From NCBI GenBank assembly GCA_964498785.1, contig CAZCJL010000020.1, positions 4,946 through 68,945 of the forward strand: 64,000 bases of DNA. Direction: 5' to 3'. Made by a program: the position numbers and the translations under genes. The first letter of the stretch is position 1. Each line of letters begins with the position of its first letter. Origin of the DNA: an uncultured Cytophagia bacterium. GTDB lineage: Bacteria > Zhuqueibacterota > Zhuqueibacteria > Thermofontimicrobiales > Thiofontviventaceae. This document shows positions 27,814 through 36,339 of the stretch, in pieces. The notes below the pieces were generated by a model that worked only from the letters and a program-made list of their open reading frames with translations, ran no database searches and was not told the DNA's origin.

Positions 27814-28296
27814 ATGTCTGAACAGGAATACAATGCGACGATTGTTGTTGTAGATGATGAAGATATGGTTTTGACAAGTATCGGTTCATTCCTGACTCTT
27901 GAAACTGACTATAATGTAAAAACCTTTACCTCGGCAGACAAGGCGATTAAATACATCGAAAATAGTGAAATCGATCTTGTTATTTCAGATTATCTGATGC
28001 CAGAAATGGACGGAATAACCTTTCTTGCAAAAGTCAGAACGATTAAACCGAATGTCCCCCGGATTATTTTAACTGGTTATGCTGATAAAGAAAATGCAAT
28101 CAAAGCCATTAATGAGGTTGGGCTTTTTCAATATATTGAAAAACCCTGGGAAAATGATGATTTGTTAATTATTATTCGAAACGGCCTTGAAAAGAAAATG
28201 CTAATGAATAAGCTTCAATTAAAAGTCGATGAAATAAATAAAGCTTATTCAGATTTACAAAATATACAGCAGGAAATTTTAAAAACATTTGTTTAA
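27814..28296 (+). CDS. Response regulator, receiver (REC) domain only (CheY-like) with a short C-terminal helix
   Basis: 160 aa. IVVVDDEDMVL (acidic pocket), DLVISDYLMPEMDG (phospho-acceptor Asp), ILTGYAD and conserved Lys in EKPW. No output domain. Confidence 0.75.
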   Translation: MSEQEYNATIVVVDDEDMVLTSIGSFLTLETDYNVKTFTSADKAIKYIENSEIDLVISDYLMPEMDGITFLAKVRTIKPNVPRIILTGYADKENAIKAINEVGLFQYIEKPWENDDLLIIIRNGLEKKMLMNKLQLKVDEINKAYSDLQNIQQEILKTFV

Positions 28297-28320
28297 TACA
28301 TATTCGAGTTTAGAAATAAA

Positions 28321-28359
28321 AATCCCATATCATTTCTATTAATGATATGGGATTTTTTT
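28321..28359. terminator. Bidirectional rho-independent terminator between convergent REC gene and nuoN
   Basis: Perfect 13-bp stem AATCCCATATCAT / ATGATATGGGATT with loop TTCTATTA. Flanked by an A-tract upstream and TTTTTT downstream. Confidence 0.6.
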
Positions 28360-28375
28360 AATTAATTAAATATTT

Positions 28376-29923
28376 TTAGAATAGCATTTTCGCCCATTCA
28401 AGCGCCCAGTTCATTAAGCGCGCGGGTAAAATTCCGAGAACTAAAATAAACAGAGTCGATAATCCGAGTGTTATCCAAACCGGAAACAAACTTTTTTTAT
28501 CAATGTCTGGGATTTTATTATCAGGTTCTTTCATATACATAACGATGATAATATTGATGTAAAAGTAAAGCGCTACCATGCTAAATAATAGCGCAACAAC
28601 TGCGGTTACATAGAATTCGCCATTAATTAATTGTAAGAAAATTTGGATTTTTCCCACGAATCCAACCGCTGGCGGTATTCCGCCAAGAGAGAACATAGCG
28701 ACAGACATCATTGCAGCGGCTCCGGGGTATTTTCTGGCGATGCCAGCGAGATCATCCACTGTTTCACAATAGTGCTCTCGATGTGTCAAAAAAACAAGCA
28801 CACCAAAAGCCAGCATATTCATCGCGATATAGCCAATACCGTAAAATAAAACCGCCTGAATTGCTTCAATATTATGCGCCATTGGCGCCAGAGCTAACGC
28901 CATGTATCCTGCATGAGCAATAGATGAATACGCTAACATCCGTTTAACATTTCGTTGTACAATGGCGACAGAATTTCCATAAATGATTGTTAATAGCGCA
29001 AAGAAAGCAAATATTTTTGAAAATAACGGATCAAATGCCGGCAATACAATCGATCCGGCAAAGATTTTTAAAATTACGGCAAAGGCAGCTAATTTGACGG
29101 CAACTGACATAAAAGAAGTAACAGGAGTTGCTGCGCCCTCATATACATCGGGCGTCCAGGCATGGAATGGTACCAGCGATACTTTAAATGCCAATCCCAC
29201 AAAAATAAAAATTAACCCCAGCCCCATTATCATTGATTCAGCAGATGAAGTTTGCGCTACTTGCGCTAATTGAGTGAGAACGTCATTAATAACTAAAGTG
29301 CCTGTCATTCCGTAAATGAATGAAATTCCTAACAGCAGGAATGCGGATGAAAAGCCTCCTAACAGCAGGTATTTTATTGCAGACTCTCCGACTTTTGAAT
29401 TATAGCGTTTCAGGCCGACTAGTGCGTAAATAGGAATGGACATCATTTCCAGGGACAGGAAAATCATTAAGAAATTTTCAGCCGCGATTAAAGTGAGAGC
29501 GCCGAGTAACGAAAAACAGAGTAGCAGGTAATAATCATTTGCCGGAATTGATTGTGATAACGTGTATCTGGCTGATAATAAAATTGTCAAAATTCCGGCT
29601 CCGAGAATAGCCAATTTTCCAATATATATCCCGCCACCTGCACGAAGCGAATCATTTAACAGAATTACATTTGCATCTGAAGTTGATTTTCCGAAATAGA
29701 GATAAATCGCGGCAACAATCAACAATCCTATCCCTGCAATCCATGTCGATTGTCTGTTACGAGATTCGATATCTGCTGTTATTTCTTGTGTACTACTTAG
29801 CATTGTAAAAATTGGTTTACGGAAAGCATCAACCAACGTAAGAATGACAATTAAGGCAACTAAACTTAATTCTCCGACTAAAAAAATTGGTTCAAATCCT
29901 ATTTGATTCATATCCAAATCCAA
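28376..29923 (-). CDS. nuoN: NADH-quinone oxidoreductase subunit N
   Basis: 515 aa, ~14 TM, antiporter-like subunit. Last gene of the co-directional nuo operon. Confidence 0.8.
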   Translation of the reverse strand: MDLDMNQIGFEPIFLVGELSLVALIVILTLVDAFRKPIFTMLSSTQEITADIESRNRQSTWIAGIGLLIVAAIYLYFGKSTSDANVILLNDSLRAGGGIYIGKLAILGAGILTILLSARYTLSQSIPANDYYLLLCFSLLGALTLIAAENFLMIFLSLEMMSIPIYALVGLKRYNSKVGESAIKYLLLGGFSSAFLLLGISFIYGMTGTLVINDVLTQLAQVAQTSSAESMIMGLGLIFIFVGLAFKVSLVPFHAWTPDVYEGAATPVTSFMSVAVKLAAFAVILKIFAGSIVLPAFDPLFSKIFAFFALLTIIYGNSVAIVQRNVKRMLAYSSIAHAGYMALALAPMAHNIEAIQAVLFYGIGYIAMNMLAFGVLVFLTHREHYCETVDDLAGIARKYPGAAAMMSVAMFSLGGIPPAVGFVGKIQIFLQLINGEFYVTAVVALLFSMVALYFYINIIIVMYMKEPDNKIPDIDKKSLFPVWITLGLSTLFILVLGILPARLMNWALEWAKMLF

Positions 29924-29991
29924 GTGCTTTTATAACCGATTGATTGTTATTTAATGGTACGAGCGATGAATCAATTATCAATTCAAAATAC

Positions 29992-31614
29992 CTAATGCGG
30001 AACCGGATTTTCGTGATTCGCTTCGACTTCTTCCTTTTTTTGTTCTATTGGTGTTTCTTTAACAAGTTTTTGTTTCAGGATTTCCGGTTGATATTCGTTA
30101 ATATAATATTCCACAGATTTATGCATTTTATTCATATAGGGTTTCGGATAAATTCCGATCCAGAAAACTGCAATAATAAACGGAACTAAAACAATCATTT
30201 CACGATAGCTCAGGTCTTTAAGATTTTTATTTTTATCATTATTCAATGGTCCAAAAAAGACTCGCTGTACCATCCACAACATATAATAGGCGCTAAGGAT
30301 CACTCCGGATGAAGCGAAAACTAACAGCACGAGTCGGAAAATACTGTTTTCAAAAATAAAATAAGACCACGCTCCTTTAAAACTGCCTAATAAAATGAGA
30401 AATTCGCCTACAAAACCATTTGTGCCGGGTAATGCGACCGAAGAAAGCGTTATAATCATAAATGAAACCGAGAGCAGCGGTAAGCGATAAGCCAAGCCTC
30501 CAAAGTCTCCGATTTCCCTGGTGTGTCTTCTTTCGTAAATCATTCCCACAAGCAAAAAGAGGGCACCAGTGGAGACACCATGATTCACCATTTGTAGAAT
30601 TCCGCCTTCGATTGCTTCCGGTGTCATTGCGAAAACACCGAGCATAACATAACCCAAATGACTTATTGATGAATACGCGACAAGTTTTTTAAGATCGCTT
30701 TGGGCGAGCGCCAAAAAAGCGCCATAAACAATGCCAATAACAGCGAGTAGCTGCATTAACGGAGCTGCAATTTCTGCAGCTTCAGCGAATAAAGGAATAC
30801 CGAGTCTTACAAAACCATATCCGCCCATTTTCAATAATACACCAGCAAGAATAACCGAACCAGCGGTTGGCGCTTCCACGTGTGCATCCGGGAGCCAGGT
30901 ATGAAACGGAAACATGGGCACTTTAATTGCAAATGCAAGTGCGAACGCAGCAAAGAGCCAAAGCTGAGCTTGTACGGGAATATCTAATTGAAATAATTTT
31001 TCAAATTCAAAGGTGAAGCTTCCAAATTGCTGTTTCGCTATTATCGCAAGGTAAATGATTCCTGCTAACATCATCAGGGAACCAATTACCGTAAACAGTA
31101 CAAATTTAACCGTGGCATAAATACGCCTGGGACCTCCCCAAATTCCGATCAGGAAAAACATCGGGATTAACATTAATTCCCAGAAGATGTAAAAGATAAA
31201 TAGGTTTAGCGCAACAAAAGCACCCAGCATGGTGGATTCCAAAAATAACAGCCAGATGTAATATTCTTTCTTTCTTTTTTGAATATATTTAAAAGAACTC
31301 AACACCGTGAACGGCATCATAATGGTTGTAAGCATAAACAGTAAAATAGAGATTCCATCGATTCCAACGTGATAATTGAGATCAAATTGCGGAACCCAGG
31401 GCACTTTTTCAACAAATTGAAACTGTGATGTTGAATTTTCAAAACCGAGCAACATGTAGACAGACACCAACATGGCGACACTTGTAATGATTAATGATAG
31501 CCAGCCATAAATAGATGCCGAGCTTTTTTCTTTCAAAGAGTCCCGATCCGGAATAAACATCAACAATATTGCGCCAAGTGCCGGGATTAAGATTGTCCAG
31601 GAAATTATGCCCAT
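29992..31614 (-). CDS. nuoM: NADH-quinone oxidoreductase subunit M
   Basis: 540 aa, Mrp-antiporter-like complex I subunit (…WLPDAHVEAPTAGSVILAGVLLKMGGYG…). Confidence 0.85.
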   Translation of the reverse strand: MGIISWTILIPALGAILLMFIPDRDSLKEKSSASIYGWLSLIITSVAMLVSVYMLLGFENSTSQFQFVEKVPWVPQFDLNYHVGIDGISILLFMLTTIMMPFTVLSSFKYIQKRKKEYYIWLLFLESTMLGAFVALNLFIFYIFWELMLIPMFFLIGIWGGPRRIYATVKFVLFTVIGSLMMLAGIIYLAIIAKQQFGSFTFEFEKLFQLDIPVQAQLWLFAAFALAFAIKVPMFPFHTWLPDAHVEAPTAGSVILAGVLLKMGGYGFVRLGIPLFAEAAEIAAPLMQLLAVIGIVYGAFLALAQSDLKKLVAYSSISHLGYVMLGVFAMTPEAIEGGILQMVNHGVSTGALFLLVGMIYERRHTREIGDFGGLAYRLPLLSVSFMIITLSSVALPGTNGFVGEFLILLGSFKGAWSYFIFENSIFRLVLLVFASSGVILSAYYMLWMVQRVFFGPLNNDKNKNLKDLSYREMIVLVPFIIAVFWIGIYPKPYMNKMHKSVEYYINEYQPEILKQKLVKETPIEQKKEEVEANHENPVPH

Positions 31615-31664
31615 GAATTAACTCCAAGTAAATTTATCTTTTCGAATAAAATCGAAAGTTCATA

Positions 31665-33614
31665 TTAGTAAATATAAAAAGCAAAAATAACGGCTATTGC
31701 GGCCCCAAAAATAATGTAGAGACCATACGCCTGAATATTTCCGGTTTGCAAAAATGAGAACAGTGTGGAAACTTGTCGCCACCCTTTTGCCGATCCATTA
31801 GCAGCGCCATCAATTATTTTTTTGTCGGAAATATTTAAAAATATTTTAGTCGCGAGAAATTTTATCGGGTTGATAACAACTTTGTCATATATTTCATCAA
31901 CAAAATATTTATTCCATAATAGCCTGGGAATGCCGGTGTACTTTTCTGGTTCAGGCAGTTCTTTTTTCACTTCACGATACAACCGGGAAGCAATGAACCA
32001 ACCGATGACGGCAATGACAACCGAAAAAAGCATCAACAAATATTCAACAGAGTGGCTGTAATGATGGAGCTCCACATGTCCGTATTTAGTAACTACTGGC
32101 TCGAGATAATGATGGAAAAAATTGGGAATTAACCCGCCGGAGAGAAGTTTTGGAATTCCGATCCATCCACCGATAAGAGAAAGAACGCCAAGAATTACCA
32201 GTGGAAGTGTCATTGTCGATGGCGATTCGTGTAAATGATGCGCCTGCTCTTTTGTGCCCCTGAATTTTCCGAAAAAAGTGAGATATACTAATCTAAACAT
32301 ATAAAATGCAGTGAAGAGCGCCGCAATTGCGCCAATTGCCCAGACAATTTTGCTACCATGGCCGGAAGCAAATACATTCCACAAAATTTCATCTTTTGAG
32401 AAAAACCCTGCAAACGGAGGAATGCCGGCAATCGCTAATGTCGCCAGAAGAAAGGTGAGATAGGTTGTGGGCATAAATTTCTTCAATCCGCCCATAAACC
32501 GAATATCCTGTTCGCCGCCCATTGCATGAATGACACTACCGGAGCCAAGAAATAAACAGGCTTTAAAGAAAGCGTGTGTCATCAAATGAAATATGGCGAT
32601 TACGAATGCACCTGCACCTGCGGCCATAAACATAAATCCAAGTTGGCTAACGGTTGAATACGCCAGCACCTTTTTTATATCGTTCTGATAAACAGCGATT
32701 GTTGCTGAAAAGAGTGCGGTAAGTGCTCCGACCCATAACACAACCTGCATTGCAACAGGTGCTGCAATGTAAAGCCCGTGAAAACGACACACCATATAAA
32801 CACCGGCAGTTACCATTGTGGCAGCGTGAATAAGTGCAGAAACCGGTGTCGGGCCAGCCATCGCATCGGGAAGCCATACGTAAAGCGGAATTTGCGCTGA
32901 TTTTCCCGTCGCACCAATGAACAAACAGATTGCAGCGACATTTGTCCAGAAAAATGTCATTGAATTTTGATGATGAAAAAATTCGTTCACTTCAGAAATG
33001 GTCAGCGAGCCAACATTTGCAAAAATAAGGAACATTCCAAGTAAAAAGCCAAAATCACCAATTCGGTTGACAATAAATGCTTTTTTTCCTGCAATTGCTT
33101 TTTCTTCTTCTTTATACCAAAAACCAATTAACAGATAGCTACACAGACCGACGCCTTCCCAACCAACAAACATTACCGGCATGGAATCGCCAAGAATCAG
33201 AAGTAGCATTGCAAAGACGAATAAGTTAAGGTATGAAAAATATCGAACGCTGGATTCATCTTTGTGAATATACCCAATAGAATAGAAATGTATAACTGAA
33301 CTCACTCCCGTCACGACGAGTAGCATAACTGCGGAAAGATGATCAATCATAAAAGTCAATTTCAGTTGAAGTCCTCCCACATTCATCCATTCATACGGTG
33401 TAAATGCAAGAAAATCAACACCAGTCATTTTAATAAAAACGGCATAAAGCGATAGGATAAAAGAAGTTGCGACAGTGCTAAAAGCCAAAATGCCAGCTAA
33501 TTTCTCTCCCCATATCTCTTTTTTGCGGTAGGCATTGGTAGCAGCTACCACTCCGTTTAAGAAGGCTCCGATTAACGGTAATATTATGATAATTAATATA
33601 AGGCTGCTCTGCAT
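31665..33614 (-). CDS. nuoL: NADH-quinone oxidoreductase subunit L
   Basis: 649 aa. WLPDAMAGPTPVSALIHAATMVTAGVYM is typical of NuoL, with a long C-terminal amphipathic helix region. Confidence 0.85.
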   Translation of the reverse strand: MQSSLILIIIILPLIGAFLNGVVAATNAYRKKEIWGEKLAGILAFSTVATSFILSLYAVFIKMTGVDFLAFTPYEWMNVGGLQLKLTFMIDHLSAVMLLVVTGVSSVIHFYSIGYIHKDESSVRYFSYLNLFVFAMLLLILGDSMPVMFVGWEGVGLCSYLLIGFWYKEEEKAIAGKKAFIVNRIGDFGFLLGMFLIFANVGSLTISEVNEFFHHQNSMTFFWTNVAAICLFIGATGKSAQIPLYVWLPDAMAGPTPVSALIHAATMVTAGVYMVCRFHGLYIAAPVAMQVVLWVGALTALFSATIAVYQNDIKKVLAYSTVSQLGFMFMAAGAGAFVIAIFHLMTHAFFKACLFLGSGSVIHAMGGEQDIRFMGGLKKFMPTTYLTFLLATLAIAGIPPFAGFFSKDEILWNVFASGHGSKIVWAIGAIAALFTAFYMFRLVYLTFFGKFRGTKEQAHHLHESPSTMTLPLVILGVLSLIGGWIGIPKLLSGGLIPNFFHHYLEPVVTKYGHVELHHYSHSVEYLLMLFSVVIAVIGWFIASRLYREVKKELPEPEKYTGIPRLLWNKYFVDEIYDKVVINPIKFLATKIFLNISDKKIIDGAANGSAKGWRQVSTLFSFLQTGNIQAYGLYIIFGAAIAVIFAFYIY

Positions 33615-33620
33615 ATAAAA

Positions 33621-33953
33621 TTAGCCCCTTTCTGATGTATATGTTTCAACGCTAATTGTGCCGGTTCGTTTAAACAAGTGGACGATAATAGCAATGCCGA
33701 CAGCAACTTCACATGCTGCAACGACAAATATCATTAGAGTTAGTATTTGGCCATCATGATTTAGGTGGAGGCGCGAGAAATAAATGAAGCTTAAATTAAC
33801 GGCATTCAGCATTAATTCTACTCCCATTAGCATGTGAAGAAGTGTTCTCCTGAAAAGAACGGTCATCCCGCCTAATGCAAATAAGAGTAATACGACGGCA
33901 ATTGAGTATATTCCACCGCTTCCGATTATGAAGTCAGTAAAAGGGTTATTCAT
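33621..33953 (-). CDS. nuoK: NADH-quinone oxidoreductase subunit K
   Basis: 110 aa, 3 TM, with a conserved Glu in TM helices (…MLMGVELMLNAVNL…AACEVAVGIAI…). Confidence 0.8.
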   Translation of the reverse strand: MNNPFTDFIIGSGGIYSIAVVLLLFALGGMTVLFRRTLLHMLMGVELMLNAVNLSFIYFSRLHLNHDGQILTLMIFVVAACEVAVGIAIIVHLFKRTGTISVETYTSERG

Positions 33954-34519
33954 TATTTTTTACCTTTCCAATCCAGTTGAACTATGGCAATAACTGCCAC
34001 GATAGCAGCGAATAAAAGAGTAGAAACGAATTCAAATGCAAATAAATATTTCGTTAATAATTCTTTGGAAAATATCTTGATACCACCATATATGTTTGGG
34101 ATGTCAGCACTTGAAAAATCTGAATTTAATATGGAAATAAAAGCTCCGTCCGATTTAATGATTGCAGAAAGTTTGAATATAAAAAAGATGATTACCAAAA
34201 ATAATATTGGAGCGCCAAGCCAGAAAAATTTAGAAAATGGTTTTGCATAATCCTCACTTTTAATATCCAGTAACATGATAAAATACACAATTAACACCAT
34301 AACTGCTCCGGCATAAATGATCACCTGAAACACAGCGATACTATGCGCATGAAGTTGAGCGTACATCGCAGCTAAAGCAAGCATCGTGGTTAAAAGACCC
34401 ATCGCACCACGAATCGGATGTTTTGCTATTAACAGTATTATTGCTCCGGCAATGGATACTATCCCGAAAAATATATACATGAGAATGTTAAAATCCATTT
34501 CATTTCCTTTGTTTATCAA
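33953..34519 (-). CDS. nuoJ: NADH-quinone oxidoreductase subunit J
   Basis: 188 aa, 5 TM. Position between nuoI and nuoK. Confidence 0.75.
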   Translation of the reverse strand: MINKGNEMDFNILMYIFFGIVSIAGAIILLIAKHPIRGAMGLLTTMLALAAMYAQLHAHSIAVFQVIIYAGAVMVLIVYFIMLLDIKSEDYAKPFSKFFWLGAPILFLVIIFFIFKLSAIIKSDGAFISILNSDFSSADIPNIYGGIKIFSKELLTKYLFAFEFVSTLLFAAIVAVIAIVQLDWKGKK

Positions 34520-34534
34520 AAATGCTGATAATAA

Positions 34535-35095
34535 TTATTGTGGATTATAGCCGTGAATCACTTCGTCATTAACAATTTTATTCCAGTTTAACAGTGTTTC
34601 TTTGTTATATATCATTTTAACGCGATTGTAATCTACAAGGTCATTCGTGACCGGCAGCATTCGAATTGCATCCACAGGGCACGCTTCCACGCAAAATCCG
34701 CAGAATATACATCGGCTCACATCAATCTCAAAAACGTCCGGCATTTTTTGAATATTCGGATCGTGAGATTCTTTTGCAACAATTGTAATACAAGAAGCCG
34801 GACAATTTGTTGCGCACATTTTACAGGCAACACATCGAGGAGAACCATCTGTTCGCTGCACCAGCACATGTCTGCCGCGATTATTTTCAGAATAGTCATC
34901 TCTCATTTCTTCCGGATATAGAATGACAACTCCTCCCTTTCGGAACGTCAACCATTTCCACATATTGCGGAAAAAATGTTTTGATGTGATCAGAATTCCT
35001 CTTCCAACTTCTTTCACATAAATTCGATCCAGGAACGACATTTTATTTTTATCATAATATTTCATATCCGGTAAGCCGGGAATTTGATAACTCAT
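34535..35095 (-). CDS. nuoI: NADH-quinone oxidoreductase subunit I (2x[4Fe-4S] ferredoxin-type)
   Basis: Two CxxCxxCxxxCP motifs, CVACKMCATNCP and CIFCGFCVEACP. Confidence 0.85.
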   Translation of the reverse strand: MSYQIPGLPDMKYYDKNKMSFLDRIYVKEVGRGILITSKHFFRNMWKWLTFRKGGVVILYPEEMRDDYSENNRGRHVLVQRTDGSPRCVACKMCATNCPASCITIVAKESHDPNIQKMPDVFEIDVSRCIFCGFCVEACPVDAIRMLPVTNDLVDYNRVKMIYNKETLLNWNKIVNDEVIHGYNPQ

Positions 35096-35096
35096 A

Positions 35097-36293
35097 TTAA
35101 AAGCCTCCTAAAGCCACGATAATGATAGAAACAACAAGATTGAGTATTGCAAGAGGAAGTAAATATTTCCATCCTAATTTCATCAACTGGTCATAACGAA
35201 ATCTTGGCAAACTCCAGCGCATCTGTTGCAGCCCCCAACAAAAGAAAAAGACTTTAAATGTGAAGGAAAAAACCTGTAAAAGTACTACACTCGCATGAGA
35301 AAGTGCAAGTGAACTTCCCCAGGGAAAAACAAATCCATCTGCTGTGAGCCATGGGACTGAGTATCCTCCAAAAAACAGGGTGGTTATCATAACAGCAACG
35401 AACGTAATTTCGATGAATTCTGCAAACATAAATAGCAACATTTTAAAACCGGAATATTCAGTAAAATATCCGGAGATAATTTCAGATTCTGCTTCTGGTA
35501 AATCAAAGGGAATCCGTTTGTTTTCGGCAACAGCGGATGCAAGAAATAAGAAAAAAGCCACAGGTTGCAAAAAAATACCCCACTTGGGCAGCCATCCCCA
35601 TGCAAGCTGTTCCTGAGCCTGAACCAGATTCCACAAGTCCACTTGTTCATAAATAAAAATAATTCCCACCAACGCAAGTCCCATGCTCACTTCATAAGAA
35701 ATCATTTGTGCAGCCGATCTCATTGCGCCCATCATCGAAAATTTATTATTAGAAGACCAGCCAGCTAATATTGCTCCGAATACTCCGATACTTCCAATTG
35801 CAAAAACAAAAAGCAAACCAACGTTCAAATTTACAACTTGAATCCGGAAGGAAAAATCCGGTAACTGAGTTGTAAAATATTCAGGCAGCCATGGAATCCA
35901 TTTCAAGTACCATGCTTGAAAAAATTCAGCCGGTTTCATGATGCCGCCGAAGGGTACAACAATAACTGACAGGACTGCGGGTATAAATGCAAAAAAGATA
36001 GCGACATTATACATTAACATGTCATACGCTCGGGGCTTAAAATCTTCCTTAATTAAACACTTGATTGCGTCTGCCAGGTTATTGATAAACCCCCATAACG
36101 CAAGTTTTTTATTCCCTGGCAGCGGGATGCTTGCCCGGTTTGCTCCGATTCTATCCTGCAGTTGTGCAGATTGTTTTCGTTCGGACCAACTCATTACGGC
36201 TCCCATCATAAACATAAACAGGAACACTATAGTCGCCATAAAAAGACTGGAAAAAAGATGAGTAATATTTATTCCCAAAATTGTAGATTCCAT
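35097..36293 (-). CDS. nuoH: NADH-quinone oxidoreductase subunit H
   Basis: 398 aa, 8 TM. RIPFDLPEAESEIISGYFTEYSG is a NuoH/ND1 hallmark. Confidence 0.85.
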   Translation of the reverse strand: MESTILGINITHLFSSLFMATIVFLFMFMMGAVMSWSERKQSAQLQDRIGANRASIPLPGNKKLALWGFINNLADAIKCLIKEDFKPRAYDMLMYNVAIFFAFIPAVLSVIVVPFGGIMKPAEFFQAWYLKWIPWLPEYFTTQLPDFSFRIQVVNLNVGLLFVFAIGSIGVFGAILAGWSSNNKFSMMGAMRSAAQMISYEVSMGLALVGIIFIYEQVDLWNLVQAQEQLAWGWLPKWGIFLQPVAFFLFLASAVAENKRIPFDLPEAESEIISGYFTEYSGFKMLLFMFAEFIEITFVAVMITTLFFGGYSVPWLTADGFVFPWGSSLALSHASVVLLQVFSFTFKVFFFCWGLQQMRWSLPRFRYDQLMKLGWKYLLPLAILNLVVSIIIVALGGF

Positions 36294-36339
36294 TCAACAT
36301 GCCTCTCATGTATTTCTTTTATCGCTGAATTTCTTGATT

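Noticed and set aside
28643-29273. Plus-strand ORFs (68-96 aa) inside nuoN, and similar antisense or out-of-frame ORFs throughout the nuo, treS and transporter genes (e.g. 35344..35616, 37450..37941, 62773..63240, 8126..8395, 24741..25031)
   Set aside because: They lie entirely within long, motif-supported genes and have no RBS, no domain motifs and low-complexity or Cys/His/Arg-rich translations typical of antisense frames. They are spurious.
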